This document shows positions 30,616 to 40,399 of a stretch of DNA of 64,000 bases, one piece after another. The notes beneath the pieces are model-generated. The model searched no databases. It was not told where the DNA came from and saw only the letters and a list, made by a program, of their open reading frames with translations. The DNA comes from a virus. The DNA lies in the IMG/VR virus record IMGVR_UViG_3300048838_001273, positions 1 to 64,000 of that record, one strand, 5' to 3'. The position numbers and the translations under genes were made by a program. Positions within the stretch are counted from its first letter, which is position 1. Each line of letters starts with the position of its first letter.

Positions 30616-33600
30616 TTATTGTAATGTATTTTTCTTTTTAATTGAAATACTACCACTTAATTGTGTTGTTGCCGTACCAGTTTGAGCGGTTCTAAATCCA
30701 CTCAACACAATAATATCATTTGCAGTCAACGTTACAACTGCAGACGCTAAGTTTACACTACCAGCAGCACCAGTTCTATTTGCCATACCCGCAGCAGCAG
30801 TCACATTAAGTGTTGTCGCACCGTTTAATGTGACATTTCCACCAATACTAATATTACTATTAGAATTAATAACAAACGGTATATTGTAACTAATCTCATA
30901 ACTGCCTGTTTCAAGAACTTTTATATTAGTTCCACCTGTCCATTCATATAACGAACCGCTAAGTGTTTGAGAATGCCATATAATTCCTGTTGGAGCGACA
31001 GTATTAATATTTGTTCCACCTGTGTGAACCAAGAATATCTCATTTGCACTTGTGCTTGCTGTGTAACCAGTAAATATTGTTGTATCGAGTTTTGTATCGG
31101 TTACACCTGAAATATAGTCAATATCATCTTCAATACCAGATAATCTTGTTTCGGTATCTCCAGTATAAGTATTAAAATCCGTTATTAATAACCTATTATC
31201 TGTTTCACCACTAATATAATCGATATCATCTTCAATACCGGATAATCTGGTTTCAGTATCTCCAGTATATGTGTTGAATACAGAAACATCAAGTTTTGTT
31301 GCGGTTAAACCAGTAACATCGCTTTCAAGGTTACTAATATCGGTTTCAATACCCTGTAATCTGGTTTCTGTAGTACCCGTATATGAATTGAAAACACTTG
31401 CATTGAGTTTACTATTTAATGCAGTTGCAAGTGTACCACTTGTGATATCAACATTGAATGTATTACCAGTCCAAACAATCGAATTACCAGCAAGACTTGC
31501 ACCATCAACCGCAATTGTCTGACCAGTAATTCCAATACCAACACCTGCCTGTAAATCAAGAGGTGAACTAAATAAGGTAAATGTTAATGGAGTTGTCCCA
31601 ACAATAATTGGATTTGGTGTTACCAGTACCCAAATTGTGTTCTCGTACTCAGTACCATATAAAACAGGTATTAAATTACCATCAGTTACTTCACCATCAG
31701 GATTGCCATTAAAGTCATCTGAACGCACAAAATCATTTGTTGCTAACGTATAAACATATATACCGTTCTCACTTGCAAGTGTTTGCTGTGTAATTAAAAC
31801 TCTATCACCATCAAGTAAAGTGTAACCATCAATGCTACCAGTAAATGTTGCACCTGTAAGGTCAATATTACCATCAACAGTTGTAGTTGCTGCCTTAACA
31901 TTTGCTTTTGGAATCAAACCACTTGCAACACTATCAACATATGCTTTATCAACTAAGGAACGATTTTGGAATGTTCCACTATAATCATCAGCATATTGAA
32001 TACCACGTGGTGTTGCACGGTCATCGGTAATTAATAGTGTAGTTTCGCCAACCTCAATTTTTGTAACAGGTGTTGAAGTACTGTCATTACCCTGTATTTT
32101 AACAACACCACCATCGCTTTCGATATTTATCCCACCCACACCGTTAGCATCAATAAGGTTAATTGCACCTACCGATTGTAAGGTGATATTATCAACATTA
32201 ATTGTAAAATCATGAGTTAAACCACTAATTACAGTATCTTCAGTAAGTGTACCACCAAGTTTAACATCTTTACTTCCAGACTTGCTTAAACCATTGGTTG
32301 CACCTGTAATATTTATAAGACTTTCATTAAATAGTTCAGTAACATCATCTTCAAGGTCACCAATTCTGGTTTCAGTTGCACCAGTATAGATATTAAATGT
32401 ACTTATATCGAGTTTATTTGCTATTTGTGCACTTAAACCCGATGTTAAACCTGTTACATAAGCAGCATCAACAAGCGAACGAGCAACAAAATTTGGACTG
32501 TAATTCGCAAGATATTCAATACCAGCAAATCCACTATCACCATTAGCAATTATTCTACCGTTATTACATATTTGAAGTTGTGCATTATCACCACCAGCAA
32601 TATTGTATGCACATAAACTAATTGTCAGATTAGTTTGAGTAATTAAAGTACCACAAGAATTATTAACAGTGTTTTGATTTAAAGTTAACACACTTGGTTG
32701 TATGTCAATTGAACTATTACCAAATGCATCATTACCCAATGTATATAAACCATCTGAATGTATTACTGTGCTAAAAGTAGTACCAGTATCTTTAAATGTA
32801 AGACTTCTGCTTGGATTTAATGTTATTGTCGTATTTGTATCAATATTTCCACCTAAACCAATATCTGCACCATAAACACTTAAACCACGTGTAGCACCAG
32901 TAATTGTTCCAGCACCACCTGTTTGTCCACTAATAATCAGATTATCAGCATCACCACTAAGACTTAATCCACCTAAAACACTAATTGATTTAAGCGTTAT
33001 GTTTCTTCCCGAAGTACTACCTAAAGTAGTTCCAGTTCCCAAATTGGTTACTCCTGTAAGAGCAGCATCGAGAATTGGCTGAGTATTACCAGTATATGTA
33101 TTGAATACTGATACATCGAGTTTACTTGTAGTTAAACCGGAAGTAACACCACTTAAATAATCAATATCTTCATCAATTGCTTCTAACCATTGTTCAGTAC
33201 TTGCTGTATATCCAGTGAAAACGCTTTCATCGAGTTTGGCATTTAGAGCATTCTGTAAATCTGTTTGATTTGAAAGTGTTCCTGTAATATCACCCCAATT
33301 AACTGTTGTTCCTGATGGAACTACCGAATAAATTGTTATTGTGTTACCGTCTTCAAAAACCTGAGTACCACCACTACCAACAAATGTGAGGTCTGTACCA
33401 CCAGTTAATTGTGCAATGCTGAATCCACTGTCTTCAATATTACCGTCAGCAGTGAAAATAGGTACTTGACCTGTTGCACCAGTAACAGTATCAATTTTAG
33501 TTTCAGTTATACCAGTTACCTGACCATATGTTACCAAATCATCAGGTGATGGTGGTGGTGCAATGTGTTGACTATACGCACTAATGTTTGAATCGGTGTT

Positions 33601-33777
33601 TGGTACTACATCTGTGCCACCAGTTACTCTCCAAAGAAACACTGGTTGAATCTCAGGGATTACGAAATTCGAAAATAATGATGCTTCATTAACTCCGGGA
33701 TTGTTTGTAGCACTTTCTCTTACAATTGTTTCTGCGTAAGTTGTGCCCGTGCTGTAAATTAAATATCTAAATGCCAT
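30616..33777 (-). CDS. Tail fibre-like protein with internal repeats
   Basis: 'WGDITGTLSNQTDLQNAL', 'DGDRVLITQQT.ASENGIY' fibre modules; 34-aa repeats. Confidence 0.75.
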   Translation of the reverse strand: MAFRYLIYSTGTTYAETIVRESATNNPGVNEASLFSNFVIPEIQPVFLWRVTGGTDVVPNTDSNISAYSQHIAPPPSPDDLVTYGQVTGITETKIDTVTGATGQVPIFTADGNIEDSGFSIAQLTGGTDLTFVGSGGTQVFEDGNTITIYSVVPSGTTVNWGDITGTLSNQTDLQNALNAKLDESVFTGYTASTEQWLEAIDEDIDYLSGVTSGLTTSKLDVSVFNTYTGNTQPILDAALTGVTNLGTGTTLGSTSGRNITLKSISVLGGLSLSGDADNLIISGQTGGAGTITGATRGLSVYGADIGLGGNIDTNTTITLNPSRSLTFKDTGTTFSTVIHSDGLYTLGNDAFGNSSIDIQPSVLTLNQNTVNNSCGTLITQTNLTISLCAYNIAGGDNAQLQICNNGRIIANGDSGFAGIEYLANYSPNFVARSLVDAAYVTGLTSGLSAQIANKLDISTFNIYTGATETRIGDLEDDVTELFNESLINITGATNGLSKSGSKDVKLGGTLTEDTVISGLTHDFTINVDNITLQSVGAINLIDANGVGGINIESDGGVVKIQGNDSTSTPVTKIEVGETTLLITDDRATPRGIQYADDYSGTFQNRSLVDKAYVDSVASGLIPKANVKAATTTVDGNIDLTGATFTGSIDGYTLLDGDRVLITQQTLASENGIYVYTLATNDFVRSDDFNGNPDGEVTDGNLIPVLYGTEYENTIWVLVTPNPIIVGTTPLTFTLFSSPLDLQAGVGIGITGQTIAVDGASLAGNSIVWTGNTFNVDITSGTLATALNSKLNASVFNSYTGTTETRLQGIETDISNLESDVTGLTATKLDVSVFNTYTGDTETRLSGIEDDIDYISGETDNRLLITDFNTYTGDTETRLSGIEDDIDYISGVTDTKLDTTIFTGYTASTSANEIFLVHTGGTNINTVAPTGIIWHSQTLSGSLYEWTGGTNIKVLETGSYEISYNIPFVINSNSNISIGGNVTLNGATTLNVTAAAGMANRTGAAGSVNLASAVVTLTANDIIVLSGFRTAQTGTATTQLSGSISIKKKNTLQ
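31105..31400 (-). repeat. Coding tandem repeat (102-nt period; 'FNTYTGDTETRLSGIEDDIDYISG')
   Basis: Near-identical copies at ~31111 and ~31213, a more diverged copy at ~31340-31400. Confidence 0.75.
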
Positions 33778-33792
33778 TTTTTTGTGTTTTTC

Positions 33793-34926
33793 TTATATTA
33801 TTCTGTTTATTTTTATCCATGTTCCATTTCCTAAAGTATATACAGCACCCGAATTTCCAATTCTGAATGCCATTAATTCAAGATAATCACCACTTAATAG
33901 TGCTTCCATATATTCTGGCATTACATTGGTACTTGAATCATTGATATTATTCAAATTGAATGATGCCATACTCATTGGAGTTATATCTGTATTTCCGTTT
34001 TTTCTGATAACAGTACCAATATTTTTTGCACTGCTTGTATCATTATTAACATTTAAAACATATGAAATACCATATAAACCATCTTCTTGTATATAAATAC
34101 GAGAACCACCCGTAAAACTCAAAGAAGTTCCAGTTGTACCCGTTGTCCAGATAATTGCACTTGCCACAATGTTATTTACGTTTACACCACCAACAGTATC
34201 AAGTAATCTTATTGCCTTTGGTAGTTTTACATTGATAGTATTTCCTGTTGTAATTTCAATACCTGTTCCCGGAATCAATAAATCCTGTTTTGCTTGAATT
34301 AAAAGCAAAGTTTGTCCACTATATGTATTAAAATTAGATTTTGCTAAATACGTATTAGGAATTGTTGTGCCAGAAAACGTATTAAAATCAGATTTTGCTA
34401 AATACGTATTAGGTGCAGTTATTCCGGTATATGTATTGAATGCAATTTTTGATGCAAATTGGTTTGGTGCTGTATTGCCCGTATAGTCAGCAAATGCAGA
34501 TATGTCAACTTTAGCACCAATATCACTTAAATAAGCTATTGTGCCATTAGAATTTTGAATCGTTAATTTCCTAAAAGTGTTTGTACTAATACCGGATGTT
34601 GTGAACATCACACCTTTTGTGCTGTCAACACTATCATATATTTGAAAATTATCTGATTTGAAATAATCGGGCGTATCACCAAGAAACCTCCACACACTGC
34701 CTGTTGAGAAGTAAAATCCAGAAGATTTTCTATTTAAAACATAATTACCACTTCCAGAGCGAACAACATAAATTTGACCACTGGCTGAACCTGCTGCTGG
34801 TAATTCCGAAAAAGTATTAACTTGAGGATATGTTGAACCGCTTGTGGGTGTGCTACCACTTCCAGAGAAATCCCCGTTAAATAAATATATGTTACCAGTT
34901 AATAAATCTACTGTAAAGGTTGCCAT
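33793..34926 (-). CDS. Tail fibre-like protein with C1q/BclA-C-like C-terminus
   Basis: 18-aa repeats 'PNTYLAKS.FNT.SG'; C-terminal 'IYIQEDGLYGISY...L.SGDYLEL'. Confidence 0.65.
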   Translation of the reverse strand: MATFTVDLLTGNIYLFNGDFSGSGSTPTSGSTYPQVNTFSELPAAGSASGQIYVVRSGSGNYVLNRKSSGFYFSTGSVWRFLGDTPDYFKSDNFQIYDSVDSTKGVMFTTSGISTNTFRKLTIQNSNGTIAYLSDIGAKVDISAFADYTGNTAPNQFASKIAFNTYTGITAPNTYLAKSDFNTFSGTTIPNTYLAKSNFNTYSGQTLLLIQAKQDLLIPGTGIEITTGNTINVKLPKAIRLLDTVGGVNVNNIVASAIIWTTGTTGTSLSFTGGSRIYIQEDGLYGISYVLNVNNDTSSAKNIGTVIRKNGNTDITPMSMASFNLNNINDSSTNVMPEYMEALLSGDYLELMAFRIGNSGAVYTLGNGTWIKINRII

Positions 34927-34985
34927 TAAATATACTTTTTAATAAATACTTACGAGAAACGTTTTATCGGAAAGCAGATAAAAAT

Positions 34986-35010
34986 AAAAAGGGGAATTTT
35001 TATCCCCCTT
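34986..35010 (-). terminator. Intrinsic terminator
   Basis: GGGGA...TCCCC stem with U-run on the minus strand. Confidence 0.55.
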
Positions 35011-35248
35011 ACATTTTATATGTGTACGATAATCGGTCGTCCCAGACATATTTAAAGTCTTGTTTACCGTCTGGATATCCGAAATGCCAAACACTTCCAA
35101 TTTTCCAAATTCTCCTTATTCTCCAATGTGGTTTGCTTGGGTCTTTGAAATTATTTGAAATTCCAATATAATATTCAGTTGCCGATAATTCGTCAATTAG
35201 CATTATTGGGTCTCTAACCCTATCTTGTACATTAAAATCGTTTAACAT
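35009..35248 (-). CDS. Small hypothetical virion-associated protein
   Basis: 79 aa ('WRIRRI...WDDRLSYTY'); has its own GTATTTATA motif and terminator. Confidence 0.65.
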   Translation of the reverse strand: MLNDFNVQDRVRDPIMLIDELSATEYYIGISNNFKDPSKPHWRIRRIWKIGSVWHFGYPDGKQDFKYVWDDRLSYTYKM

Positions 35249-35280
35249 TTTTTGTTTTACTATAAATACTGAAAATTTTC

Positions 35281-36204
35281 TTATGTATTATAATTTTCAT
35301 ATAATTTATATGCAAGTAATCCACTTGGTTTAACGGCATAAATATATGTACCATCCCCCGTGATTTTATTAATTCCATTATCAACACTCCAAAGATTTGT
35401 ATCTTGTGGCACAACATTAGAATCCTGAGTATAATTCGCTAATCCAAATGTATCTTGAGCAACATATACGTATTTACCATCACCCCAGATACCTAATGGG
35501 TCGCTTGGTGTTGTTCCTTGTGCTCGATTCATAACCAAAGATAATGTCGAACCATTAAAACTAAATACACCAATACCCCTTTCTCCAGTAGCTACATAAA
35601 TATATGAACCACCACTCCACACACCGTTTGAAGGAACACTTGAAGTAATATTAGCTATCTGAGTCCATGTTGTACCATCGAATGTGTGAACATATAAACC
35701 ATTATTTTCTTTTGCACCCAATATATATGTATCATTACACCATATACCAACAAAATAATTACCACTAATAAATCTTACTTTCGCTGTTGAAAACGTAGTT
35801 CCATTAAATGTATATCCAATTATACTTGCTGTCTCAACACCAAAAACTTGCCCAACATTATTAGCAGTAACTAATTGATATGCTTCGCTCCATTGTTGTT
35901 TTAAGGTAATATGTGTTAATACACTACCATTAAAACTATATGCTCTAAGTCCTTCCTGACACGCAGCAAATATATACGTACCATTACCACCAACACCATT
36001 ATATGTTCCACCTTGATAATCAGTATCTATTAACGTAAAAGAAGTTCCATTGAAACTATACACCCTTAATCCAGATGTACCACATGCAACAAAAATATAT
36101 GTACCATCACAATATATATCACTATACACCCCACCTGCCCATGTTTCAGTAAGATATTTTATTTTACCAATGACATTATTTTGTACTGTGAATATTTTAG
36201 ACAT
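35281..36204 (-). CDS. LVIVD-like beta-propeller repeat protein
   Basis: Repeats of 'DGTYIFVA....GLRVYSFNG'; ATG at 36204 overlaps the upstream stop. Confidence 0.7.
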   Translation of the reverse strand: MSKIFTVQNNVIGKIKYLTETWAGGVYSDIYCDGTYIFVACGTSGLRVYSFNGTSFTLIDTDYQGGTYNGVGGNGTYIFAACQEGLRAYSFNGSVLTHITLKQQWSEAYQLVTANNVGQVFGVETASIIGYTFNGTTFSTAKVRFISGNYFVGIWCNDTYILGAKENNGLYVHTFDGTTWTQIANITSSVPSNGVWSGGSYIYVATGERGIGVFSFNGSTLSLVMNRAQGTTPSDPLGIWGDGKYVYVAQDTFGLANYTQDSNVVPQDTNLWSVDNGINKITGDGTYIYAVKPSGLLAYKLYENYNT

Positions 36205-38062
36205 ATGTTGCAATATTAAAATCTGTATTAGTTCCGTCAAAAATCCACGTTAAATGATATGTTCCTGTTGGTATTGCAGTTACACTTCCATTAAGTTTTG
36301 ATGTGGGAAGTGTTATTGTTATAGGTCCTGATGTAACAACAAGTCGTAAATCCCCGGACATGCCATTAACTCGATTAGTTAATGATAAGGTAAAATTACC
36401 AGACGCACTTAATGTTTTATTTAATCCAGTACTTGTATCCCATGTAACAGTTGAACCATATGTTAATGCTGCATATGCATCATATCCACCACCAGCAGCA
36501 CCACAACTTAGATTTCCGGTTGCATCAATATAAACAACATTTGTTTCGCTTGATTTTGCGGGTAATTCTTTTAACATAATTCTACCAGCAGTTCCTGAAG
36601 TAGAAGCACCCGCCTGAATACAAACATCACCACCAGTACCAGTACTTGAATTGCTACCACCACAAATTCTAACTGCTCCCGCTCCCGTTGAAGACGAAGA
36701 AAGTCCTGCCCTTAATGCCACACTACAACAATTACCAGCAGCATAAGAAATAATTCCCCCAATTGTTGTATCAATAATGCCCTTTGAACCAAGACCACCA
36801 ATGGTTAAATATCCACCCGTTGATGCATATGTGTTATTAAGAAGTAGATAGTTAGTATTTGCACATAATCTAACACCAGTTGTTGAATTAAATATACTCT
36901 CACCAGCACTACTACATATACATGTTGAGTCAGACCATTTCAATTTATCACCAGCAGGTAGATAGATATCTTCACCTTCTGCTGGAGATAAACCCGTTGC
37001 ACCACTTGACCAATATGAATCGCCACCACTCGTTGCACCAGAATATAATTTACCAGCACTATCAATATATAGTACATCTGTTTGTGTTGTGCATGTCGGT
37101 AAATTTTTCATATGAATATATGAATTATTACCACCACAAATGTCTATACCCTGACCAACACTAATGATATTTCCATCACAACCACACAGAACCACTTTTC
37201 CCGCAGCAGCATCAACATTAAAATCACTTAATTGGTGAAATGACATTGAGTGTGTATACGAATCACCAGATATTGTTGTACTTTCACTTAAATTACCGCC
37301 TAATTTAACTGTTGTCGTATTTGCACTCAAACCATTACAAGCAACAGTAAATCCACCACCACTACCACCACTTATAAGACCAGCACTTAATTTACCGTTT
37401 GCATCAACATAAATTCCACATGTTTCTGTTGTTTTTGCTGGTAAACTTTTTAAATAAACATCATCGCTTTCAATATACATGTCATCATTATGCATATATA
37501 GGTGTCTGCAACCATTATCACTTAAAAAAGTTATTGTATCAGAATATGTGCCGTCATATCTTCTACCCAGACCAGAATTCGGTTCATCAACAAATCCATA
37601 ACTTACATTACAAGTACCAGTTTGAAATGGGTAAACATTTAATTTAAAATCACCACTAACATTTCTCGTAAAAGAATATTTACTAAATATCCATTCATAT
37701 GAATTATCGTTAGTTCTCATGGCAATTTCACCAGTAGCATCACTACCAAATGCTCTCATATAAAGATTATTATTCCAATATATGCAGCCACTATTTAAAT
37801 CAATATTTTCACCATTAGATGGATATAAACCAGTCGTACCACTTGACCAATAAGCATCTCCACCACCGCCAGTAGCACCACTAATTAATATTTCATTATC
37901 GGTTTGAATTATTTGAATTGATGTTCCGGTTGCAGAAATACTTCTAAATTCCAGATTATTTCCACCAGCTTTACCTTTAAAAACGCAAGCATCACCACCA
38001 CCAAGATTCTGACCCTGTGTTGTATTACCAACTAAACTTATGTTTGACCTATTTCCGCTCAT
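36197..38062 (-). CDS. Tail fibre-like protein
   Basis: Gly/Ser/Thr/Cys-rich; 'NLEFRSI', repeated 'LP.....vYiD..GKL' modules. Confidence 0.65.
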   Translation of the reverse strand: MSGNRSNISLVGNTTQGQNLGGGDACVFKGKAGGNNLEFRSISATGTSIQIIQTDNEILISGATGGGGDAYWSSGTTGLYPSNGENIDLNSGCIYWNNNLYMRAFGSDATGEIAMRTNDNSYEWIFSKYSFTRNVSGDFKLNVYPFQTGTCNVSYGFVDEPNSGLGRRYDGTYSDTITFLSDNGCRHLYMHNDDMYIESDDVYLKSLPAKTTETCGIYVDANGKLSAGLISGGSGGGFTVACNGLSANTTTVKLGGNLSESTTISGDSYTHSMSFHQLSDFNVDAAAGKVVLCGCDGNIISVGQGIDICGGNNSYIHMKNLPTCTTQTDVLYIDSAGKLYSGATSGGDSYWSSGATGLSPAEGEDIYLPAGDKLKWSDSTCICSSAGESIFNSTTGVRLCANTNYLLLNNTYASTGGYLTIGGLGSKGIIDTTIGGIISYAAGNCCSVALRAGLSSSSTGAGAVRICGGSNSSTGTGGDVCIQAGASTSGTAGRIMLKELPAKSSETNVVYIDATGNLSCGAAGGGYDAYAALTYGSTVTWDTSTGLNKTLSASGNFTLSLTNRVNGMSGDLRLVVTSGPITITLPTSKLNGSVTAIPTGTYHLTWIFDGTNTDFNIATYV

Positions 38063-38088
38063 TTTATTATTTTATTATAAATACTGGT

Positions 38089-38642
38089 TTAATTTCTTAT
38101 TTTCTTCCAAATCTTATTATGAAATTTATCATCATCAAGACTAATAAACCTTTCATCTTTTCCAGTATTTTGATTTTCTTCCTCACCGAGAATAATATAC
38201 CCACCTACCTTAATTTCGTCTTCAATTCTTTTTTTCAGCAATTCTTTTAACTCTGGTTTATAAAAAGGTAGCCAATAATAAATAATATCATAATTACAAT
38301 AATTTTTAAAATCCAGACAATCCATTTCGTTAAACTTGATTTCAGGAAACATTTGTTTAGATATTAAAAATAGTGTTGGATTCTTTTCAATACCTTCAGC
38401 AATCATTCCCATCTGTTCGGCAATTCCACACATGTATCCAACACCACTACCAATTTCTAAAAATCTTTTATTGTTAAAATCAAATCCGGTTTTTTTATTA
38501 ATTCCATTAACCCCAAAAAAAAATCAAGATTCAACATAAAATATCTATAACTATCAGTTCCGAGTATCTCATCATGTTTTTCTAACGCAAGATTAAAAAA
38601 ATAATGATTAATTTGTTTCAATAAATATTCACTATAATTCAT
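38089..38642 (-). pseudogene. Class I SAM-dependent methyltransferase split by a -1 frameshift
   Basis: ORF 38457..38642 joins the frame of 38089..38433 across T9/A7 runs to give '...KTGFDFNNKRFLEIGSGVGYMCG...EGIE...YDIIYYW...IKVGGYII'. Confidence 0.7.
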
Positions 38643-38644
38643 AA

Positions 38645-39253
38645 TTATTCAGGTAAAAACCCCGTTCCAGATACTTGACTTGTTGGTGACCCTTTACAAT
38701 ATGTACCAACACATTGTGTTATTGAATCTAAACTAACTCGTGCTGTTGCAATACTCTCACCAAAAATACTAACACATGTCACAATATGTATTAAATCATT
38801 ATAATCCACTTTACGTGCAATTGTTGTCCAAGTACCACTACAATTATATGCTTTTGAACTAACACTACATTGATAAATTCCGACTCCATTACATATAACA
38901 CAAACCAATGCTTGCGATACGTTAATATTATTGGCAGTCATTGCCCACGAATAATTCGGATAATAACAATCGCCAACAGGAACTACACCACTTGGTTGTA
39001 AACATCCACACGTACAACAAACAGTTAATGTAGATTGAGTTGATATTGGTAATATGCTTAATGTTTTTGTCGTTACTGGTGCATATCCATAAAATTCTAA
39101 CATACTATGTGGTGCTGATTTACCTGCACTAACACTTAGTGCAGATAAACTCTTCGGTGGTGTTACATTACCATCAACTGCTTGTGCAATTGATGTACAA
39201 GTACCACCGGGACACGAAATTATCCCTAAACAACCACTTAAAGGCATTGCCAT
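38645..39253 (-). CDS. Cys-rich tail-associated protein
   Basis: N-terminal 'M.MPLSG.L...SL..LS..AG...PHSM.EFYGY' resembles small tail-tip/adhesin N-termini. Confidence 0.55.
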   Translation of the reverse strand: MAMPLSGCLGIISCPGGTCTSIAQAVDGNVTPPKSLSALSVSAGKSAPHSMLEFYGYAPVTTKTLSILPISTQSTLTVCCTCGCLQPSGVVPVGDCYYPNYSWAMTANNINVSQALVCVICNGVGIYQCSVSSKAYNCSGTWTTIARKVDYNDLIHIVTCVSIFGESIATARVSLDSITQCVGTYCKGSPTSQVSGTGFLPE

Positions 39254-39266
39254 AATTCTTAATTTT

Positions 39267-39605
39267 TTAGTCTACAATTATTTGTAATTCGATAATTTCT
39301 TCACCATAATGTTCATTTAAAACATCTCTGACCTTTTCATATAACATTTGTGGTGTTAATGTATAAAATTCTTCTTCATCAATGTTATTTAATGTAATAT
39401 CGTCAGGAAGAACTTCATTAGTAACTTGAATATTAGTATATCCACCTTCAAAAAGTTCTCTGTTTCTCCAAATTTTTGGATAAACCTTTACAACAGTAGT
39501 CCCTATTTTGAATACCGACTCAAACTTAATTGTTGCGCCACTTGCAATAAGACTTCCGTCACTTGCTGTTAACCCTGAAAGGGTTATTAAATCAATTTTT
39601 GCCAT
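39267..39605 (-). CDS. Hypothetical protein
   Basis: 112-aa ORF. Confidence 0.65.
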   Translation of the reverse strand: MAKIDLITLSGLTASDGSLIASGATIKFESVFKIGTTVVKVYPKIWRNRELFEGGYTNIQVTNEVLPDDITLNNIDEEEFYTLTPQMLYEKVRDVLNEHYGEEIIELQIIVD

Positions 39606-39642
39606 ATTTTTTATTTAAATTTTTTATTAAATACTTTAATTA

Positions 39643-40392
39643 TTATCCATAAACATAACTACTTTGATAATATGGGTCTCCAAGTCTATATGAACCAGAA
39701 ACCTGTGTTATTTCACCAATATACATTGATGCATCAGCATATCCGTAAGGACCGTCAATAGAGGCATTTGTACAAAAACATACATTATCTGTTGATTTTA
39801 CAGTAAATGAATAATCTCCTGAATCACTGTTTTCATAAACACTACATCCTAAAATTTGAATGGAATTACATAATATACACATCTCAGCACCTGACATTGA
39901 GTCCCCATATAAATCATAATAAACACAAATAGTTGTACAAGTACTTGGAACACAAACGCCACATAATTTTGAAAGACAATAACTATAATAGCCAGAATCA
40001 TAACTATTTATTGAACTCAAATAAACGGGGTCGGCAGCAAGTTGTGAAATACTAACACATTTGGTTGTTCCAACATTTGGTATAAATTGTATTGTTGCAC
40101 TTCTTGCTGTATCACAATTTTGAGCAATTTCAAGATTTACTGTAGTTCCCGGTGCGGGTGCTGGATATTGTGGAGACGATACTGTAATCCAAGAAACATT
40201 CGGGACTTTTGCCAATGTTGTTTTATTATAAACGTGACCACATAGGCTCACAGAACACGTTCTGCCAGTATTACTGATATTCGTAAATGAAGTTGGTGAT
40301 ATGGTTATATCTGCTGGGTCAATGCATGTAAGATTAATTGCACCAGCACCAAAACTAAGAAGTCTACCATTAACACTTATTGCCTGTCCCAT
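39643..40392 (-). CDS. BACON-domain-like tail-associated protein
   Basis: 'SWITVS...GTTVNLEIAQN..TARSATIQF...VSISQ' BACON pattern. Confidence 0.6.
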   Translation of the reverse strand: MGQAISVNGRLLSFGAGAINLTCIDPADITISPTSFTNISNTGRTCSVSLCGHVYNKTTLAKVPNVSWITVSSPQYPAPAPGTTVNLEIAQNCDTARSATIQFIPNVGTTKCVSISQLAADPVYLSSINSYDSGYYSYCLSKLCGVCVPSTCTTICVYYDLYGDSMSGAEMCILCNSIQILGCSVYENSDSGDYSFTVKSTDNVCFCTNASIDGPYGYADASMYIGEITQVSGSYRLGDPYYQSSYVYG

Positions 40393-40399
40393 GTTATAA

